Assembly: GCA_036497945.1 (NCBI GenBank)
Contig: DASXIN010000023.1
Coordinates: forward strand, 54,140-118,139
From: Streptosporangiaceae bacterium
GTDB lineage: Bacteria; Actinomycetota; Actinomycetes; Streptosporangiales; Streptosporangiaceae
Reading direction: 5' to 3'
Length of the DNA stretch: 64,000 bases
The notes beneath the pieces were generated by a model, which did not search any database, had not been told where the DNA came from, and saw only the letters and a program-made list of their open reading frames with translations. This document shows, one piece after another, positions 1 through 10,445 of the stretch. Each line of letters starts with the position of its first letter. Within the stretch, counting starts at the first letter, position 1. Made by a program: the position numbers and the translations under genes.

Positions 1-98
1 TCGGCCGGCTGCCGGACCGGGACTGGTCTCCGGTGCCGGGCTTCACCCTGCTGGCTTACGGCTTGGCGCTGCGCCCCGGGGGCGAGGAGGAGGGCTGA
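1..98 (+). CDS. 3' end of an unidentified CDS (partial, continues upstream of the window)
   Basis: Frame 3 is open from the window edge to TGA at 96-98 with strong G/C third-position bias (..GFTLLAYGLALRPGGEEEG*). Too short to assign a family. Confidence 0.4.
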   Translation, partial: GRLPDRDWSPVPGFTLLAYGLALRPGGEEEG

Positions 99-101
99 AC
101 G

Positions 102-326
102 TTACGGTTTGCTGCTGCCGTCCGGGGCAGACGACTGAGCGGCTCGCCGCGGCTTGACCGCGGCGGCCCGGACCCGCGGGTCGGGTGAGATCTTCTTCAG
201 TTGCTTGTTCATCGAGCGGAACAGGAAGACCATGGCCACCGCCAGCCCCGCGACGATCAGGAACCCGAACAGGCCCGGGTAGACCTGCGCGGCCACGCTC
301 GACGACGCCAACAGCGTCACAAGCAC
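102..326 (-). CDS. small membrane protein (one TM helix, basic tail)
   Basis: 74-aa ORF with hydrophobic segment [22 protein letters not shown]. Overlaps the mca stop by 10 nt, suggesting co-transcription. Confidence 0.6.
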   Translation of the reverse strand: MLVTLLASSSVAAQVYPGLFGFLIVAGLAVAMVFLFRSMNKQLKKISPDPRVRAAAVKPRRAAQSSAPDGSSKP

Positions 327-1240
327 ACCCTCTCCCGCACCCCGGCGAACAGGTCGTCCTCGGGGAGCTCTGTGTCAACTACCGACCTGGCTAGATGGTA
401 GTCCTCGGTCGGCCAGGCCGCACGCTGCACCTCTTCCGGGCAGGCGAACCACGAGCCCTCCGGGTCGATCTGGGTGGCGTGGGCCAGCAGCGCCTGGTCC
501 CGCACCGGGAAGTAGTCGGAGCACGGCACCCGGGTGGTGATCTCGTACTCGCGACGGTCCGCGGCGCGCTCGTCCCAGTCCTGGAACCAGTCCGCGTACG
601 GCGACTCCAGGCCGCGCCGGAGCAACTCCTCGTGCAGCGCGATGAGCCGGTCCTTGTGGAACGTGGCGAAGTAATACAGCTTGAGCGGCTGCCACGGGTC
701 GCCGGCACCCGGGTAACGGTCCGGGTCGGCCGCGGCTTCGAACGCCGCCACGGCCACCTCATGGGTCTTGATGTGGTCCGGATGCGGGTAACCGCCCTGC
801 TCGTCGTAGGTCAGGATGACGTGCGGCCGGAACTCGCGGACCGCGCGGACCAGCGGTTCCGCGGCCAGTTCCAGCGGCTGCAGGGCGAAGCAGCCGGCCG
901 GCAGCGGCGGCAGCGGATCGCCCTCCGGCAGCCCGGAGTCGACGAAGCCGAGGAACTGCTGCCGGACGCCGAGGATCTCGCGCGCCCGGGCCATCTCCTC
1001 GCGCCGGATCTGCGGCAGGTTGGCCCGGACCTCGGGCCGTTCCATCGCCTTGTTCAGAATGTCCCCGCGCTCGCCGCCGGTCAGCGTGACCACCAGGACG
1101 TCCACGCCTTCCCGCGCATAGCGGGCCATGGTGGCGGCACCTTTGCTCGACTCGTCGTCCGGGTGCGCGTGCACGGCCATCAGCCTTAGCGGCGCGGGTT
1201 CCCCGGAACTGGGGGCGGGATCATTCTGGACGGCAGGCAC
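317..1240 (-). CDS. mca: mycothiol S-conjugate amidase (LmbE/MshB/Mca family)
   Basis: N-terminal AHPDDE zinc motif ([12 protein letters not shown]), about 300 aa, located next to greA as in other actinobacteria. Mca versus MshB is judged from length and context only. Confidence 0.85.
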   Translation of the reverse strand: MPAVQNDPAPSSGEPAPLRLMAVHAHPDDESSKGAATMARYAREGVDVLVVTLTGGERGDILNKAMERPEVRANLPQIRREEMARAREILGVRQQFLGFVDSGLPEGDPLPPLPAGCFALQPLELAAEPLVRAVREFRPHVILTYDEQGGYPHPDHIKTHEVAVAAFEAAADPDRYPGAGDPWQPLKLYYFATFHKDRLIALHEELLRRGLESPYADWFQDWDERAADRREYEITTRVPCSDYFPVRDQALLAHATQIDPEGSWFACPEEVQRAAWPTEDYHLARSVVDTELPEDDLFAGVRERVCL

Positions 1241-1489
1241 GCGAAATTCCCTTCGGCACCATCAGGAAGCAGTGAACGTACGCCGGCGAGCCGCTGGAGT
1301 GCCTCGCCGACAGAACATTGTGCGGGACAACACGCTGGCACCGGGATGACATTCCCGTATCCTGGCCGACTTGAGGCTCATCTGGGGCGACGCACTTGTC
1401 AGGCCTTGTTAGCTTAGAAGGATTACCCCCGAGGAGCCGCGGACGGCTCAGGCGGACTCAAGTATCCGCACCGCAGGCAAGGAGTACCG

Positions 1490-1990
1490 GTGACCGAGAC
1501 GCAGAACGACAGCCTTACCTGGCTCACCCAGGAGGCGTATGACCGGCTCAAGTCGGAGCTGGATCACCTCTCGGGCCCGGGGCGTGTCGACATCGCGAAG
1601 AAGATCGAGGCCGCCCGGGATGAGGGTGACCTGCGCGAGAACGGCGGCTACCACGCCGCGAAGGAAGAGCAGGGCAAGATCGAGGGGCGGATCATCCAGC
1701 TCCAGCACATCCTGCAGCACGCTCGCGTCGGGGAGCCGCCGCGGACCGATGGGATAGTTGGCCCGGGGATGACGGTGACCGTCCGGTTCGAGGGCGATGA
1801 CGAGGAGGTCACCTTCCTGCTGGCCTCCCGGGAGGAGAGCGGCGCCCCGATCGACGTGTACTCGCCGCGCTCGCCGCTGGGGTCGGCCATCAACGGGAAG
1901 AAGATCGGCGCCACCGCGAGCTACACGCTGCCCAACGGCCGCGCGGCCCGGGTCGAGATCCTGGAGGCGGTGCCGTACGTCGGCGGCTAG
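1490..1990 (+). CDS. greA: transcription elongation factor GreA
   Basis: GTG start after GCAAGGAG. LTQEAYDRLKSELDHL coiled-coil and DLRENGGYHAAKEEQ motif, 166 aa. Confidence 0.95.
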   Translation: MTETQNDSLTWLTQEAYDRLKSELDHLSGPGRVDIAKKIEAARDEGDLRENGGYHAAKEEQGKIEGRIIQLQHILQHARVGEPPRTDGIVGPGMTVTVRFEGDDEEVTFLLASREESGAPIDVYSPRSPLGSAINGKKIGATASYTLPNGRAARVEILEAVPYVGG

Positions 1991-3396
1991 TCAGCCACGG
2001 CCCGGCGGATCTCCCCGGCCAGCGCACTGGCCCGGGCCTGCGCGGCCGACGCGCCCGGCTCGTCGCCCGCGGCCCGGCGCAGCCAGGCTCGCTTCGACCA
2101 CGCGTAGGTGTTGCCCTCGCGGACAGACAACCGCTCGCTGACCAAAGCAGCGGCTAGATCCTCCCGCCCGGCCCGGATGGCCGCTTCGAGCAGCGTGCGC
2201 TCCACCGCGTCCCGCTGCGCGTGACTGCCGCCGAACGTGTGCAGCTGGGTCCGGATCGGCAGCAGCTCGCCGAGCACGCTGCCGTACTCGCCCCGGCCGA
2301 AGTGCACCAGGGCGCGGCAGACGGGCAGGCCGACCTGGGCCGTCATGGCCCAGCCGGTGCTGCCCGGGTCGCCGTGGGCGGCCAGCTCGGCTTGCGCCGC
2401 GACCACCTGCCCAGCCCGGTCCAGCTCACCATTCCCGATGAACGCCAGTACCGCGTGCATGTCGTTGAACGGGTAGAAGCCAGGCGCCAGCAGCCGGCCC
2501 CAGGCCGCCGCCAGTGGCGGCCACCGGTCACCGACTGCGGTGCCGTCCAGGTGCATCCGCCACAGCAGGGCGGTGGCGTCGAGCAGTTCCAGCGCCACGT
2601 CCGGCGACCCCTCGTGGTGCAGCATCCGGTCGTAGACGGCCAGTGCACCTGCGGTGTCCCCGCCCTGCAGCAGGTACAGCGCGTAGTGCCAGGAGTTGTG
2701 CACGCTGAGGAAGTTGCCCGTCGTCCAGTCCGCCTCGCGGCGGCGCATGTACCGGACGCCCTCCGGGATCCGGCCCGCCATCTCGTAGGTGTGCACCACC
2801 GCGTGGATGCCCCACACGTCGTCCGGGTTCTGCTCCACGGCGCGCCGGCCAGTCTCTTCTGACTGCTGGTAGAGGTTGCACTCCTCCAGGCCGAAGGCGT
2901 ACATGCCATGCACGAAGCCGAGTTGCGGGTGGCCGGCCGGCCAGCCGCCCAGCGCCCGGCCGATCCGGTCCCGCAGGCTGACCGCGTTGCCGGTGAAGAA
3001 GTCGATCTGATGCCCGGTGAACAGGGCGAGCAGGTCACCCGGGTAACTCACCGAGATCTCGCCCAGTGCCTCGCCCGCCCCGATCATGTCCCCGGTCACC
3101 CACCTGGCCGCGGCGGCCAGGTGGGCCCGCTCCCGCGGCAGCAGCGCCGCCGGGTCGGCGCGCAGCCCGTCGAGCGCGGCCCGGGCGGTAGCCACCGCGC
3201 CCGGCTCGGTGGACATCAGCGCCAGGTAGGCGGAGAACACCGCGGCCATGGCGCAGCCCGGGTCGGCCAGCACCGCCGCCGCGGCCGCGTCCACCACCTC
3301 GGGCCGGAACCTGATCAGGTCGTCAATGGCCCGGTCGTAGCCGGTCACCGCGGCGGCCGAACCGGTGAGGTGCAACCCTCGGGCGTCAGCAGTCAT
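1987..3396 (-). CDS. tetratricopeptide-repeat protein (TTC38-like family)
   Basis: C-terminal 469 aa of the 829-aa track ORF, starting MTADARGLHLTG at ATG 3396. The upstream part of that ORF is an out-of-frame shadow of the MFS gene. Helical-repeat composition typical of TTC38-like proteins. Confidence 0.75.
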   Translation of the reverse strand: MTADARGLHLTGSAAAVTGYDRAIDDLIRFRPEVVDAAAAAVLADPGCAMAAVFSAYLALMSTEPGAVATARAALDGLRADPAALLPRERAHLAAAARWVTGDMIGAGEALGEISVSYPGDLLALFTGHQIDFFTGNAVSLRDRIGRALGGWPAGHPQLGFVHGMYAFGLEECNLYQQSEETGRRAVEQNPDDVWGIHAVVHTYEMAGRIPEGVRYMRRREADWTTGNFLSVHNSWHYALYLLQGGDTAGALAVYDRMLHHEGSPDVALELLDATALLWRMHLDGTAVGDRWPPLAAAWGRLLAPGFYPFNDMHAVLAFIGNGELDRAGQVVAAQAELAAHGDPGSTGWAMTAQVGLPVCRALVHFGRGEYGSVLGELLPIRTQLHTFGGSHAQRDAVERTLLEAAIRAGREDLAAALVSERLSVREGNTYAWSKRAWLRRAAGDEPGASAAQARASALAGEIRRAVAD

Positions 3397-3419
3397 GTCA
3401 CCCCCCACCGGCAGGGTAA

Positions 3420-4979
3420 CTAACCGACCAGCTCCGGCGCGGCGGGCTCCTCGGCCGGCGCCCGGCCGCGCAGCGGCACTTCCTTGAGGAACCAGGTCAG
3501 CGCGAAGGCCAGCACGGTGGCCGGGAGGGCCCACAGGAAGACGCCCTGCACGGCGTGCGTGATGGCGTAGAACACGTCGTGCTGGATGGCCGGCGGCAGC
3601 GCCTTGACCGTGGCCGGGTTGAGCTGCCCGCCGCTGGTGGCGATGTGCACGTTGGGCGACACCGTGGTCAGCGCGTCCTGCAGCCGCCGGGCGAAGATGG
3701 CGCCGAACGCGGCCACCCCGATGGAGCCGCCGATCTGCTGGAAGAACAGCCGCGAACTGCTGGCCACGCCGATGTCCCGCGGCTCGACGCTGTTCTGCGC
3801 GAGCAGCGTGGTGAGCTGCATCAGGAAGCCCATGCCGAGGCCGAGCACGAGCATGAACAGCGCCGAGGTGACCCGGCTGGTGTTCACCCCGAGCATGGAC
3901 AGCAGCCCGATGCCCGCGGTCATCCCCGCCGCACCCAGGATGGGCAGCGCCCGGTACCGGCCGGTCCGGGTGGTCACCTGCCCGGAGATCAGCGAGGTGA
4001 TCATCACGCCGACCATCATCGGGGTGAGCAGCAGCCCGCTGACCGTGGGCGAGGCGCCCTGCACGGTCTGCTGGTACAGCGGCAGGAACGTGATCGCGCC
4101 GAACATGGCCAGGCCGGTCAGGAAGCTCAGCGCGGACACCAGGCTGAAGTTGCGGCTGCGGAAGATGTGCAGCGGCAGGATGGGCTCGGCCGCCCGGCTC
4201 TCGATCCAGATGAACGAGGCCACCCCGAGCACCGCCACCACGCCCAGCCCGATGATCTGCGGGGACAGCCACGCGTACTGGGTGCCGCCCCAGGTGGCGG
4301 CGAGCACCACCGCGGTCGCGGCCACCGCGAGCACGGCCGCGCCCAGGTAGTCCACCCGGTGCTCGATGTGCCGCTTGGGCAGCTTGAGGGTGGCGGCCAG
4401 GTAGGCCAGCGCGACACCGCCGATCGGCAGGTTGATGTAGAAGATCCAGCGCCAGGAGAAGCTCTCCGTGATCCATCCGCCGAGCAGTGGTCCGCCGATG
4501 GTGGCGACCATCATCACGGCCATGATGTAACCCATGTACTGGCCCCGCTCGCGGGGCGAGACCAGGTCGCCGATGATCGCGATGGCGCTGACCATCAGGC
4601 CGCCCGCACCGAGCCCCTGGATGGCCCGGAAGGTGATCAGCATGGTCATGGACTGGGACAGCCCGGCCAGCGCGGAACCGGCGAGGAAGATCACGATGGC
4701 CGTCATGAACAGCTTCTTGCGGCCGTACATGTCGCCGAGCTTCCCGTACAGCGGGGTGGTGATGGTAGAGGCCAGCACGTACGCGGTGACCACCCAGGAC
4801 AGGTGGGCCACCCCGCCCAGGTCACCCACGATGCGGGGTAGCGCGGTACCCACGATGAGCTGGTCCAGCATGGCCAGCATGATGGCCAGCAGCAGGCCGG
4901 GCAGCACCACGAGGATCTCGCGGCGCATGCCGACGCTGGCGTCTGCGCCGGGTGCTGAGGGGGCCTGAGCGTCTGCCAT
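3420..4979 (-). CDS. MFS transporter, DHA2 (EmrB/QacA-like, 14-TM type) drug:H+ antiporter
   Basis: Motifs LDQLIVGTALPRI and GKLGDMYGRKK, many hydrophobic helices. Start taken at MADAQ (ATG 4979); the ORF is open to 5030. Confidence 0.9.
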   Translation of the reverse strand: MADAQAPSAPGADASVGMRREILVVLPGLLLAIMLAMLDQLIVGTALPRIVGDLGGVAHLSWVVTAYVLASTITTPLYGKLGDMYGRKKLFMTAIVIFLAGSALAGLSQSMTMLITFRAIQGLGAGGLMVSAIAIIGDLVSPRERGQYMGYIMAVMMVATIGGPLLGGWITESFSWRWIFYINLPIGGVALAYLAATLKLPKRHIEHRVDYLGAAVLAVAATAVVLAATWGGTQYAWLSPQIIGLGVVAVLGVASFIWIESRAAEPILPLHIFRSRNFSLVSALSFLTGLAMFGAITFLPLYQQTVQGASPTVSGLLLTPMMVGVMITSLISGQVTTRTGRYRALPILGAAGMTAGIGLLSMLGVNTSRVTSALFMLVLGLGMGFLMQLTTLLAQNSVEPRDIGVASSSRLFFQQIGGSIGVAAFGAIFARRLQDALTTVSPNVHIATSGGQLNPATVKALPPAIQHDVFYAITHAVQGVFLWALPATVLAFALTWFLKEVPLRGRAPAEEPAAPELVG

Positions 4980-4996
4980 CAAAACTCCCCGTGGAT

Positions 4997-5068
4997 AACT
5001 TACTTGCCGACCGGCTAGTATTACGGCCACCAGGCTAGGACGCTTACTAACCGGGCGTCAAGTAAGTT
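4997..5068. promoter_or_regulatory. candidate TetR operator region (AACTTACTTG .. CAAGTAAGTT inverted repeat plus a third CTTACT half-site)
   Basis: AACTTACTTG at 4997-5006 is the exact reverse complement of CAAGTAAGTT at 5059-5068. CTTACT occurs again at 5043-5048. Lies in the 125-bp divergent MFS/TetR intergenic region. Confidence 0.35.
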
Positions 5069-5104
5069 TAGCGTGGAGCAGACCGGTGAGAATGCGGGAC
5101 CACT

Positions 5105-5803
5105 ATGGACGAAGACACGGCTGAGTTCCCGGCCAGAGACCGGGCCGGGTACCCAGCTAGAGACGCGGCTGAGCTCCCGGCCGGCGGCAAGCCGGGCCGG
5201 CCAGCGGCCGCGCGGCCGCGCGGGGACACCCGGGAGCGGATCCAGTCGGTGGCCCTGGAACTGTTCGCCGAGCAGGGCTACGAGAAGACCTCGCTGCGCG
5301 AGATCGCCGAGCGGCTCGGGGTGACCAAGGCTGCCCTGTACTACCACTTCAAGTCCAAAGAAGACATCGTCCGCAGCTTCACCGAAGACTACGTGCACGA
5401 ACTGGACGCGCTCATCGCCTGGGGCCGCGGGCAGCCGCGCACCGAGCAGAGCCGGGCCGATCTGCTCGCCCGGTACAGCGACATCGTGGAACGCCGCCTG
5501 GAGGTGCTCCGCTTCCTGGAGCAGAACCAGGCCGCAGTGCACCACCTGATGACCGAGCACGAGGGCCAGGACCGGAAGAGGATGTTCCGGAAGCAGTTCG
5601 AGACGCTGCGCGACCTGCTCGCCCCGCCGGACGCGACGCTGCGCGACCGGGTCCGGGTCTCCATGGCCGTCGTCTCGGTCGGGCTGTCCTGCATGCTGTT
5701 CAAGAGCGAAGCCGCCGATCCGGCCGAACTCCGCGCGATCATCCGGGACACCGCCTCCGAGCTGGCCGGGCTGCCGGCCCCGGCCGGCAGCCACATCGAT
5801 TAG
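5105..5803 (+). CDS. TetR/AcrR family transcriptional regulator
   Basis: HTH signature TSLREIAERLGVTKAALYYHFKSKEDI. Divergent from the MFS gene. N-terminal about 40 aa are low complexity, so the true start may be later. Confidence 0.9.
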   Translation: MDEDTAEFPARDRAGYPARDAAELPAGGKPGRPAAARPRGDTRERIQSVALELFAEQGYEKTSLREIAERLGVTKAALYYHFKSKEDIVRSFTEDYVHELDALIAWGRGQPRTEQSRADLLARYSDIVERRLEVLRFLEQNQAAVHHLMTEHEGQDRKRMFRKQFETLRDLLAPPDATLRDRVRVSMAVVSVGLSCMLFKSEAADPAELRAIIRDTASELAGLPAPAGSHID

Positions 5804-5849
5804 CGGTGTACATCCGTGCCCCTCTGAGGGCAGGAAAGTACACCGCTAA
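5800..5849. terminator. bidirectional hairpin between the convergent TetR and Lrp genes
   Basis: TTAGCGGTGTAC (5800-5811) and GTACACCGCTAA (5838-5849) are perfect 12-nt inverted repeats enclosing an inner TGCCC/GGGCA hairpin. No U-tail. Confidence 0.5.
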
Positions 5850-5853
5850 TTCT

Positions 5854-6378
5854 TCACGCCCGATGAGGTGGGGTTGCTGTGGCCTGCGGGGTAGCTGTGG
5901 CTGACTCACCTGCCGCATCGGCTACGGCGCGGACCAGCGGCAGCACCCGGTAGGGCAGCGGCGTGGCCAGCGCGATCACCGTGGAGGCGCGGACCACCCC
6001 GGCCACGTCCACGATGGCGTCGATCACCCGTTGCAGGTCCGCGTTGGTCCGGGCCACCACCCGGCACAGCATGTCCCCGGCGCCGGTGATGGTGTGCGCC
6101 TCGAGCACCTCGGGGATGGCGGCCAGCCGCCCGGCCACCGGGTCGTGCCCGCCGGCCTGCCGGATCTCCAGCGTGACGAACGCGGTCACGCCGTGGTCCA
6201 GCGCGACCGGGTCCACGTCCGGGCCGTAGCCGGTCACCACGCCATTGCGGTGCAGCCGGTCCAGCCGGGCCTGCACCGTGCCCCGGGCCACGCCGAGCCG
6301 CCGGGACGCCTCCAGCACCCCTACCCGGGGTTCCACCACGAGCAGGCTGATCAGCCGGGCGTCGAGTTCGTCGATCAT
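5854..6378 (-). CDS. Lrp/AsnC family transcriptional regulator
   Basis: N-terminal HTH LDARLISLLVVEPRVGVLEASRRLGVARGTVQARLDRL plus a C-terminal RAM-like domain. Divergent from hppD across an AT-rich 131-bp spacer. Confidence 0.9.
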   Translation of the reverse strand: MIDELDARLISLLVVEPRVGVLEASRRLGVARGTVQARLDRLHRNGVVTGYGPDVDPVALDHGVTAFVTLEIRQAGGHDPVAGRLAAIPEVLEAHTITGAGDMLCRVVARTNADLQRVIDAIVDVAGVVRASTVIALATPLPYRVLPLVRAVADAAGESATATPQATATPPHRA

Positions 6379-6488
6379 CGATTCAGCCCCGTCGGGATGA
6401 GGTCAGGATGTACAGCCATCCCAGGTACCTGTGTTAAGTATTATGCATATTGACTAGTAAATAAAGTCACTATTGCACATCTTGCTAG

Positions 6489-7616
<1,128 letters not shown>

Positions 7617-7630
7617 GCACGGCTAAGACG

Positions 7631-7659
7631 CCTGGCCCGGGCAGGGGGCCCGGGCCAGG
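7631..7659. terminator. bidirectional GC hairpin between convergent hppD and ilvA
   Basis: CCTGGCCCGGGC-AGGGG-GCCCGGGCCAGG, a 12-bp perfect stem with a 5-nt loop, lying within the 43-nt gap between the two stop codons. Confidence 0.6.
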
Positions 7660-8880
7660 TCAGCGGAACATCAAGTGGTATCCGGCGGTGCGCAGCTCGC
7701 TGATCACCTCGTCGCAGTGCGCCGGGCCGCGCGTCTCCACCTGGAGCAGCACCTCGACCTCGCCCACCTGGAGCCGCGGCGTGACCCGCTCGTGCATCAC
7801 GTCCAGCACGTTGGCGCCCAGCCCGGCCACCGCGGCGAGCAGCGCGGCCAGCGCCCCGGGGCGGTCCGGGATGCGGCACCGGAACGTCAGGTACCGGCCG
7901 GCCGCGGCCAGCCCGTGCCGGAGCACCTTGGACAGCAGCAGCGGGTCGATGTTGCCGCCGGACAGCACCGCGACCACCGGCGGCTCGAACATGCTGGCGT
8001 ACTCGAGCAGGCCGGCCACCGCGGCCGCGCCGGCCGGCTCGACGACCTGCTTGGCGCGCTCCAGGCAGAGCAGCAGGGCGCGGGACAGGCTCTCCTCGGA
8101 CACCGTGACCACCCGGTCCTGGTAGGCCGAGATGATGCCGAACGGGATGTCCCCGGGCTGGCAGACGGCGATGCCGTCGGCCATGGTCGATGCGGCCGCC
8201 ACCCGGACCGGATGCCCGGCGGCCAGCGAGGCCGGGTAGCCCGCGACCGCCTCGGCCTGCACCCCGATCACCTCGATGGCCGGGTCGGCACTCTTCACCG
8301 CGACGGTGATCCCGGCGGCCACGCCACCGCCGCCGACCGGGATGGCGATGGTCCGCACCTGCGGGCACTGCTGCAGGATCTCCAGGCCCAGGGTGCCCTG
8401 GCCGGCCACGATGTCCGGGTGGTCGAACGGGTGGATGAGCACCGCCGACCGCTCCTTAGCGTACTCCCGGGCGAACTCCACCGCGTCGTCCACCGTCTCG
8501 CCGTGGAAAATGATCTCCGCGCCGTAGCCCCGGGTGGCCTCGACCTTGGGCAGCGGCGCGCCCACCGGCATGACGACGGTGGCTTTCACGCCGAGGATCT
8601 CGGCCGCGAAGGCAACGCCCTGGGCGTGGTTGCCGGCGCTGGCCGCGACCACCCCGTTGGCCCGCTCCGCCTCACTCAGCCGGGAGATCCGGAAGTACCC
8701 GCCGCGGGCCTTGAACGAACCGGTCCGCTGCAGGTTCTCGCACTTGAGGAATACCGGGCCGCCCAGCCGCTCGGACAGCACCCGGGAGTGCAGCAGGGGG
8801 GTGGGTGGCAGCACGTCCCGGAGTACGTCGTGGGCGGCGGCTACGTCGGCGGCGCCCACCGGGGAGGAGATCATCGCCAT
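7660..8880 (-). CDS. ilvA: threonine ammonia-lyase (short form with C-terminal ACT-like domain)
   Basis: PLP-lysine motif TGSFKARG, glycine loop IPVGGGGV, C-terminal regulatory domain. Start taken at MAMISSPVG (ATG 8880); the longer track ORF is an upstream extension. Confidence 0.88.
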   Translation of the reverse strand: MAMISSPVGAADVAAAHDVLRDVLPPTPLLHSRVLSERLGGPVFLKCENLQRTGSFKARGGYFRISRLSEAERANGVVAASAGNHAQGVAFAAEILGVKATVVMPVGAPLPKVEATRGYGAEIIFHGETVDDAVEFAREYAKERSAVLIHPFDHPDIVAGQGTLGLEILQQCPQVRTIAIPVGGGGVAAGITVAVKSADPAIEVIGVQAEAVAGYPASLAAGHPVRVAAASTMADGIAVCQPGDIPFGIISAYQDRVVTVSEESLSRALLLCLERAKQVVEPAGAAAVAGLLEYASMFEPPVVAVLSGGNIDPLLLSKVLRHGLAAAGRYLTFRCRIPDRPGALAALLAAVAGLGANVLDVMHERVTPRLQVGEVEVLLQVETRGPAHCDEVISELRTAGYHLMFR

Positions 8881-8929
8881 GCCTGAAGTGTCGCACCTGC
8901 CGGCCACGTGACCGGCCCGGGCGGTCAAC

Positions 8930-10429
8930 GTGACCGGCCCGGGATGCGAGCAGCGCGGACATGCACATAGTGTCGATACCGTGCAGTCACACAACCAGAC
9001 TCCCCCAGCTGACTCCGTCCCGCCCCGGCCGAGCGCGGCAACTCTAGGCGCACTGCGCGCCACGGGGCACCGATACGAAAGCGTCAAAGACGAACTGCGC
9101 CGCAACCTGCTGACCAGGATGCGCGCGGGCGACGACCGGTTCCCCGGCATCGTCGGGTTCGGCCAGACCGTGCTGCCGCACGTGGAGCGGGCCATGCTGG
9201 CCGGGCACGACACGATCCTGCTCGGCGAGCGCGGCCAGGGTAAGACGCGGCTGATCCGCACCCTGCCCGTGCTGCTCGACGAGTGGAGCCCGGCCGTCGA
9301 GGGCTGCGAGATCAACGACCACCCGTATCAGCCGGTCTGCGCGCGCTGCCAGCGGCTGGCCGCGGAACTGGGCGACGACCTGCCGATCACCTGGCGGCAC
9401 CGCACCGAGCGGTACGGCGAGAAGCTGGCCACGCCAGACACCAGCGTGGGTGACCTGATCGGCGACATCGACCCGGTCAAGGTGGCCGAGGGCCGCACCC
9501 TGGGTGATCCGGAGACCATCCACTTCGGCCTGGTGCCCCGGACCAACCGGGGCATTTTCTGCCTGAACGAGCTGCCTGACCTGGCCGAGCGGATCCAGGT
9601 CGCGCTGCTCAACGTGCTCGAGGAGCGGGACATCGGGGTGCGTGGCTACGCGCTCCGGCTGCCCCTCGACCTGGTGCTGGTGGCCAGCGCCAACCCCGAG
9701 GACTACACCAACCGGGGCCGGATCATCACCCCGCTGAAGGACCGCTTCGGCGCGGAGATCCGCACCCACTACCCGCTGACCCTGGACGACGAACTGGCGC
9801 TGACCCAGCAGGAGTCGCTCATCGCCTGGGACGGCGCCGACCCCGGGGCGGCCCTGCCCGAGCACCTGGTCGAGGTCATCGCCCGGTTCACCCGGCTGGT
9901 CCGGGCCTCGCCCGCGGTGGACTCCCGGTCCGGCGTGTCGGCCCGGTTCGCGATCGCCGCTGCCGAGTCGGTGGCCGCGTCGGCGGTGCGCCGGGCCGCG
10001 CTCACCGGTGAGGCGCAGCCGGTGGCCCGGATCAGCGACCTGCCGCCGATCGTGGGCAGCCTGCGCGGCAAGGTGGAATTCGAGGTCAGCGAGGAAGGCC
10101 GGGAAACCGAGGTCCTGGAGCACCTGCTCCGCCGGGCCGTCGCGGAGACGTTCCGGTCCCGGCTGGGCAGCGCCGACCTGAGCGGCCTGCTGGCCACGTT
10201 CGAGGGCGGCGGCTCGGTGGAGACCGGTGACATGGTGCCCGCGGACGTGCTGCTGAACCGGATCGGCGAGGTGCCCGGCCTGGCCCGGATCATGGAGCGG
10301 CTCGGCATGGACGGCGGCGAGTCGTTCGGCGAGGCCGCCGCGGCGCTGGAGTTCGCCCTGGAGGGGCTGTACCTGATGCGGCGGCTGTCCAAGGATGTCA
10401 TTGACGGCAGTGCCGTCTATCGCACCTGA
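8930..10429 (+). CDS. ChlI/MoxR-like AAA+ ATPase (Mg-chelatase subunit I-like)
   Basis: Walker A GERGQGKT, Walker B-like IFCLNELPD, VASANPEDY and PLKDRFG motifs typical of ChlI/MoxR ATPases. GTG 8930; start uncertain, with an alternative GTG at 8981. Confidence 0.8.
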   Translation: MTGPGCEQRGHAHSVDTVQSHNQTPPADSVPPRPSAATLGALRATGHRYESVKDELRRNLLTRMRAGDDRFPGIVGFGQTVLPHVERAMLAGHDTILLGERGQGKTRLIRTLPVLLDEWSPAVEGCEINDHPYQPVCARCQRLAAELGDDLPITWRHRTERYGEKLATPDTSVGDLIGDIDPVKVAEGRTLGDPETIHFGLVPRTNRGIFCLNELPDLAERIQVALLNVLEERDIGVRGYALRLPLDLVLVASANPEDYTNRGRIITPLKDRFGAEIRTHYPLTLDDELALTQQESLIAWDGADPGAALPEHLVEVIARFTRLVRASPAVDSRSGVSARFAIAAAESVAASAVRRAALTGEAQPVARISDLPPIVGSLRGKVEFEVSEEGRETEVLEHLLRRAVAETFRSRLGSADLSGLLATFEGGGSVETGDMVPADVLLNRIGEVPGLARIMERLGMDGGESFGEAAAALEFALEGLYLMRRLSKDVIDGSAVYRT

Positions 10430-10445
10430 GAGGTGACGCGCACCC

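Noticed and set aside
43-378. 111-aa and overlapping ORFs at the left edge (43-378 -, 185-394 +, 201-401 +)
   Set aside because: They overlap the mca 3' end and the small membrane gene in other frames and have Arg/Pro/Gly-rich compositions typical of shadow ORFs.
3397-4476. N-terminal 360 aa of the 829-aa track ORF 1987-4476(-)
   Set aside because: This part overlaps the MFS transporter gene in another frame and is Arg/Pro/Gly-rich nonsense. The recognisable TPR/TTC38-like sequence starts at MTADARG (ATG 3396), after a plausible intergenic break.
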